The translations under genes and the position numbers were made by a program. From Bacteroidia bacterium (GTDB lineage: Bacteria > Bacteroidota > Bacteroidia > Palsa-965), in assembly GCA_038237845.1 (NCBI GenBank), contig JBBRYH010000012.1, forward strand, positions 3,807 to 67,806: DNA of 64,000 bases, read 5' to 3'. Positions 60,620-64,000 of the stretch are shown piece by piece. The notes beneath the pieces are model-generated. The model saw nothing but the letters and a program-made list of their open reading frames with translations. It searched no databases and was not told where the DNA came from. Positions within the stretch are counted from its first letter, which is position 1; each line of letters opens with the position of its first letter.

Positions 60620-61300
60620 TTACTTAATTGTTCCACCAACTCTGGCAATATATTTATCAATCTGTGCCGCTTCCTGAGATTCTGGAAAATCAACTTTGAT
60701 TTGAGTGTATACTTTTAAAGCTTCTTCTTTCTGTCCTTTATCTTCATAAGCATAACCAGCTTTTTTGAGGAATACTGGACTGGTTAATTTGTTAGGGTTT
60801 TTCTTTGCAGCGCGTAAATAGGCTTCGATAGCATCATCTACATTACCTTTTTCCATATAAGCATCACCCAACATACCAATCGACATTGAACTTAGGTACA
60901 TATCATCAGCATCAAAATCTTTCAGCATTTCAATTGCCTTGTCATATTGTGCAGTGCGTAAGTAACAAACGCCTAAATAATATTTAGAAAGATTTCCTGC
61001 TTTGGTCATGCCATAATCATTTACGATTTCAGCAAAACCAGCTGTGTCTCCACGGCCGTTTATAGCAAGGTTAAATGAATCTTTGGAAAAATACATTTCT
61101 GCTTTGTACATCTTTGCAGATGCTTCGTCTGACTTTGGTTTCAGATATAGGTATTTCCAACAAAAGTAAATTCCTACTAACAAAACAACACCACCAACAA
61201 TCAGCGCAAGGCTTTTGCGGTTCTGTTCAATGTAGTTTTCAGTTTTATCAAACGCGCCAATAATATCGACTGCCGGTTGTTCTTTGGTTTCTTTTGACAT
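60620..61300 (-). CDS. TPR-repeat membrane-anchored protein
   Basis: N-terminal transmembrane helix (LALIVGGVVLLVGIYFCW) and TPR repeats. Confidence 0.7.
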   Translation of the reverse strand: MSKETKEQPAVDIIGAFDKTENYIEQNRKSLALIVGGVVLLVGIYFCWKYLYLKPKSDEASAKMYKAEMYFSKDSFNLAINGRGDTAGFAEIVNDYGMTKAGNLSKYYLGVCYLRTAQYDKAIEMLKDFDADDMYLSSMSIGMLGDAYMEKGNVDDAIEAYLRAAKKNPNKLTSPVFLKKAGYAYEDKGQKEEALKVYTQIKVDFPESQEAAQIDKYIARVGGTIK

Positions 61301-61432
61301 TTGGGTAATCAGTGATTTGCTAAATAACAGGGCGCAAAAATAATCTTTTTTTTCACTATAGCGGATTTACATTTGCTTTTTGGCAAATTTGCACAGCTTT
61401 TAGGAGTAATTTAGACCCTTTCGACATCAAGT

Positions 61433-62539
61433 ATGCACCTCAAAACCCTCAGTTTACTCCATTTTCGCAATTATGAAGAGGCCGGAATTGAATTTTCGGA
61501 GCGGATTAATTGTTTTACTGGCCTAAATGGCTCTGGTAAAACGAACCTTCTCGATGCAATTCACTATTTGGCACTTTGCAAAAGCTTCCTGAATCCTATT
61601 GATAGTCAGAACATTCGCTTTGAAGATCCATTTTTTGTGGTCCAGGGCCAATTTAATACAGGAGAAGATCAAGAGGATAATATTCTTTGTTCACTCAAAC
61701 GAGGCCAAAGAAAAGTCTTTAAAAGGAACGGAAAGGAATATGACCGACTTTCCGATCATATAGGGCTTTGTCCTTTGGTTACCGTTTCCCCTGCAGATGC
61801 TGTGCTTGTAACAGGAGGAAGCGAAGAACGAAGAAGATTCATGGATACTGTGATTTCCCAATTTAACAAGCAGTATTTGGAGCAATTGATCGCATACAAC
61901 CGTGTATTATCACAGAGAAATGCCTTGTTAAAACGCATGGCAGAAGGGCAAGTACCAGATGATGGAACATTGGAAGTTTTGGACATGCAATTAGAACAAA
62001 CTGGAACCCCGGTTTATATTGCCAGAAAAGCATTTATAAGAGAATTATTGCCTTTTTTCAATACTTATTACGAGCAATTGAGTGGCGGTGCGGAAAAAGT
62101 GGAGCTAATTTATATGTCGAAATTGCATGAACATTCTTTGGGCGATTTATTGAAACAAAGTATTTCAAGAGAACGATTTCTAGGACATACCACTGTTGGA
62201 ATTCATAAAGATGATTTGGAATTAAAAATCAATGGACATTCCTTAAAACGAAGCGGTTCGCAAGGACAGCAAAAAACATTTTTGATTGCATTAAAACTTG
62301 CTGAGTATGTTTTTCTGGATAGAGCGGCAGGCAAAAAACCAATGTTGATTCTGGATGATGTCCATGATAAACTGGATGCAGACAGAGTATTTCGTTTAAT
62401 GGAAATTGTTTGTGGTAAAGGATTCGGACAATTATTTATTACCGACACAGGAGCAGGACGAATGAATGATTTGTTTTCTGGTAAAGGCCTTCCTTACAAA
62501 ATGTTTATTGTAGAAAACGGGAATGTTGTGACTTCCTGA
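61433..62539 (+). CDS. recF: DNA replication and repair protein RecF
   Basis: N-terminal Walker A (FTGLNGSGKTNLLDAI) and the C-terminal signature/D-loop region (LILDDV). A TACATTTG -7-like motif lies at 61368-61375. Confidence 0.9.
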   Translation: MHLKTLSLLHFRNYEEAGIEFSERINCFTGLNGSGKTNLLDAIHYLALCKSFLNPIDSQNIRFEDPFFVVQGQFNTGEDQEDNILCSLKRGQRKVFKRNGKEYDRLSDHIGLCPLVTVSPADAVLVTGGSEERRRFMDTVISQFNKQYLEQLIAYNRVLSQRNALLKRMAEGQVPDDGTLEVLDMQLEQTGTPVYIARKAFIRELLPFFNTYYEQLSGGAEKVELIYMSKLHEHSLGDLLKQSISRERFLGHTTVGIHKDDLELKINGHSLKRSGSQGQQKTFLIALKLAEYVFLDRAAGKKPMLILDDVHDKLDADRVFRLMEIVCGKGFGQLFITDTGAGRMNDLFSGKGLPYKMFIVENGNVVTS

Positions 62540-62767
62540 AGTAGATTTTCTAATTTTTATTTTTTTGCGTGAAATTCTCTGGATTCCTTTCGTGGATAGT
62601 TGAAGTTACTTTGCCTTAACAACCTACGTATTTTGTGCTGCAGGCAAGCGCATCGCGGATTGTCTGACAAGAAGCCTTTGAGAAGTGGTAAGCATTGAAA
62701 ATGGGTAAATTGGCACGATTATTTCAAGCTATTTTATAAGATAGAAGCTCTAAAACACCCGTCAGCC

Positions 62768-62799
62768 TTGCCTTGTGTACCTTTATTTCAATAGCTTTG
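62768..62799 (+). promoter_or_regulatory. Candidate sigma-A promoter: -33 TTG (62768-62770), a 21-nt spacer and -7 TAGCTTTG (62792-62799)
   Basis: Match to the Bacteroidetes TTG...TAnnTTTG consensus, about 20 nt upstream of ATG 62819. Confidence 0.4.
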
Positions 62800-62818
62800 T
62801 CGAACCATTTAAAACCAA

Positions 62819-63913
62819 ATGTGCATGTATAAGAACTACATTTTACTCGTAGCAATTTTTGCCGGATTAACCATGAGTGTTAATGCTCAAACTGCTTCAC
62901 AGACTTCTACAAAAACAGCAATTGTTTATTCAGGACCTTCTGCGATTGGCGATCAGAAAAGAGATAACGGTGATTTCAAAGGAGCTATTGATGCTTATAC
63001 TTTGGAAATTAATAAAATTGATGCCGAAGCCCAACGCATTGCCAAACTCAGAAATAATTATGAGAAGATGAGTGAGTTTGATAAAATGAATCAAAATCAG
63101 GATGAGATAAAAAAGAATTATCCGGATTGGGCAAAGCTCTATTATGGTCGTGCAGTTTGTAATGTTTCTTTAGTGAATAAGCCTGCAGCAAAACCTGATT
63201 TGGATATGGCCATAAATTTAGATAATAGCAATGGAGATGCTTATTACATGCGAGCAATGGTTATTAATTCAAAAGATACAAAAGATGCAGCTTGTATGGA
63301 TATGAGTAAAGCAGCGGCACTTGGAAGTGAAAAAGCAAAAGTTGCATTCGATGATAATTTTTGCTGGAACAATGCTCAACAGCATTACAAAGCGGGAGCT
63401 TCAAGCGTAATGCTAAGAAAATACGATGAAGCAGTTGTTGAATTGAATCTTGCTATTGAAATTTGTCCAGATTCAGGAGCTTATTTTTCAAAACGTGGTC
63501 AGGCTTATATGGGTTTGAAGAAAAATTCCCAAGCGGTGGAAGATTTTACAAAGGCAACGGAACTTTCACCAACAAATCCAGATGGATATTTCCAATTAGG
63601 ACTTTATTATTTCAATCAGGATAATTTTGAAAAAGCTTTTGATTTTTTCACCAAGTCAATTACGCGTGATCCGATGAATTATGATGCATATGTTTTTCGT
63701 GCACAATGTTGCGAACGTTCAAACAAGCAGACTTCTGCGATTTATGATTACGGCCAGGCTATTTCTATTCGACCGAATGATGCAGAAGCATATTACCGTC
63801 GTGCATTATTAGAACGTGAGATGAAAGAAAGCGGTAAAGCTTGTAAGGATTTCGGTAAAGCCTCTTCACTTGGTAATACGGATGCTACTGAGTTTTTGAA
63901 AGAATGTCAATAA
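62819..63913 (+). CDS. Secreted TPR-repeat protein
   Basis: Signal peptide (ILLVAIFAGLTMSVNAQ) and multiple TPR-like repeats (AYYMRAMV..., AYFSKRGQAY..., GYFQLGLYYF..., AYVFRAQC..., AYYRRALL...). Confidence 0.7.
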   Translation: MCMYKNYILLVAIFAGLTMSVNAQTASQTSTKTAIVYSGPSAIGDQKRDNGDFKGAIDAYTLEINKIDAEAQRIAKLRNNYEKMSEFDKMNQNQDEIKKNYPDWAKLYYGRAVCNVSLVNKPAAKPDLDMAINLDNSNGDAYYMRAMVINSKDTKDAACMDMSKAAALGSEKAKVAFDDNFCWNNAQQHYKAGASSVMLRKYDEAVVELNLAIEICPDSGAYFSKRGQAYMGLKKNSQAVEDFTKATELSPTNPDGYFQLGLYYFNQDNFEKAFDFFTKSITRDPMNYDAYVFRAQCCERSNKQTSAIYDYGQAISIRPNDAEAYYRRALLEREMKESGKACKDFGKASSLGNTDATEFLKECQ

Positions 63914-63936
63914 TCAATCGTTCTTAAATATTATTT

Positions 63937-63969
63937 AAAAACCACTTCTTCTAGGAGTGGTTTTTTTTA
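63937..63969 (+). terminator. Rho-independent terminator
   Basis: Stem aaccact/agtggtt followed by T8. Confidence 0.6.
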
Positions 63970-64000
63970 TGATTAACATATTGAAGTGGTTAAGAATCCT

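Noticed and set aside
281-63257. Numerous 60-165-aa track ORFs nested inside or antisense to large genes (for example 281..544, 682..864, 4897..5109, 25284..25496, 42626..43123, 53976..54446, 57508..57966, 60264..60589)
   Set aside because: They overlap well-supported longer genes, have low-complexity or Arg/Lys-rich composition typical of AT-rich antisense frames, and lack start contexts.

Overview
This is a low-GC chromosomal segment from a Bacteroidota genome, most likely a gliding, T9SS-bearing flavobacterium or sphingobacterium. Coding density is high on both strands, and there are no integrases, transposases or CRISPR arrays. The content is mostly housekeeping and cell-envelope genes.

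The main features are:
- **Envelope protein:** a TPR/TolB-like/OmpA outer-membrane protein.
- **T9SS cargo:** six large secreted proteins with T9SS C-terminal sorting domains, one of them broken by a single in-frame TAA. They are:
  - an M4 thermolysin-like protease with PKD/CUB/GEVED modules;
  - an M1 aminopeptidase;
  - two paralogous BNR-repeat proteins;
  - a 1608-aa adhesin with FN3/PKD/SprB-like repeats;
  - the interrupted SBBP beta-propeller protein.
- **Alpha-2-macroglobulin:** a 1873-aa protein with a CVEQ thioester motif and an odd Tyr/Asp-rich insert.
- **Periplasmic chaperone module:** parvulin/SurA-like PPIases followed by a MoxR AAA+ ATPase.
- **Housekeeping and transport genes:**
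  - a RadD-like SF2 helicase, a SAM methyltransferase, an ABC-F ATPase and ComEC;
  - ndk and an NrnA-like DHH phosphoesterase;
  - a CDF transporter, a GH5 glycosidase and an aldo/keto reductase;
  - a Ycf48-like BNR protein, ribH and recF.
- **FKBP array:** five consecutive FKBP-type PPIase lipoproteins.
- **tRNA locus:** tRNA-Arg(TCT) and tRNA-Pro(TGG), flanked by two perfect 117-bp tandem repeats that each begin with the tRNA-Arg 3' end, plus partial pseudo-copies of the 5' halves of both tRNAs.

The ORF track uses TTG/GTG as starts, so several track starts were moved to internal ATGs. I did not recognise any canonical defence or mobile system. The most unusual loci are the tRNA-associated repeat scar, the interrupted T9SS gene, the FKBP array and the alpha-2-macroglobulin.
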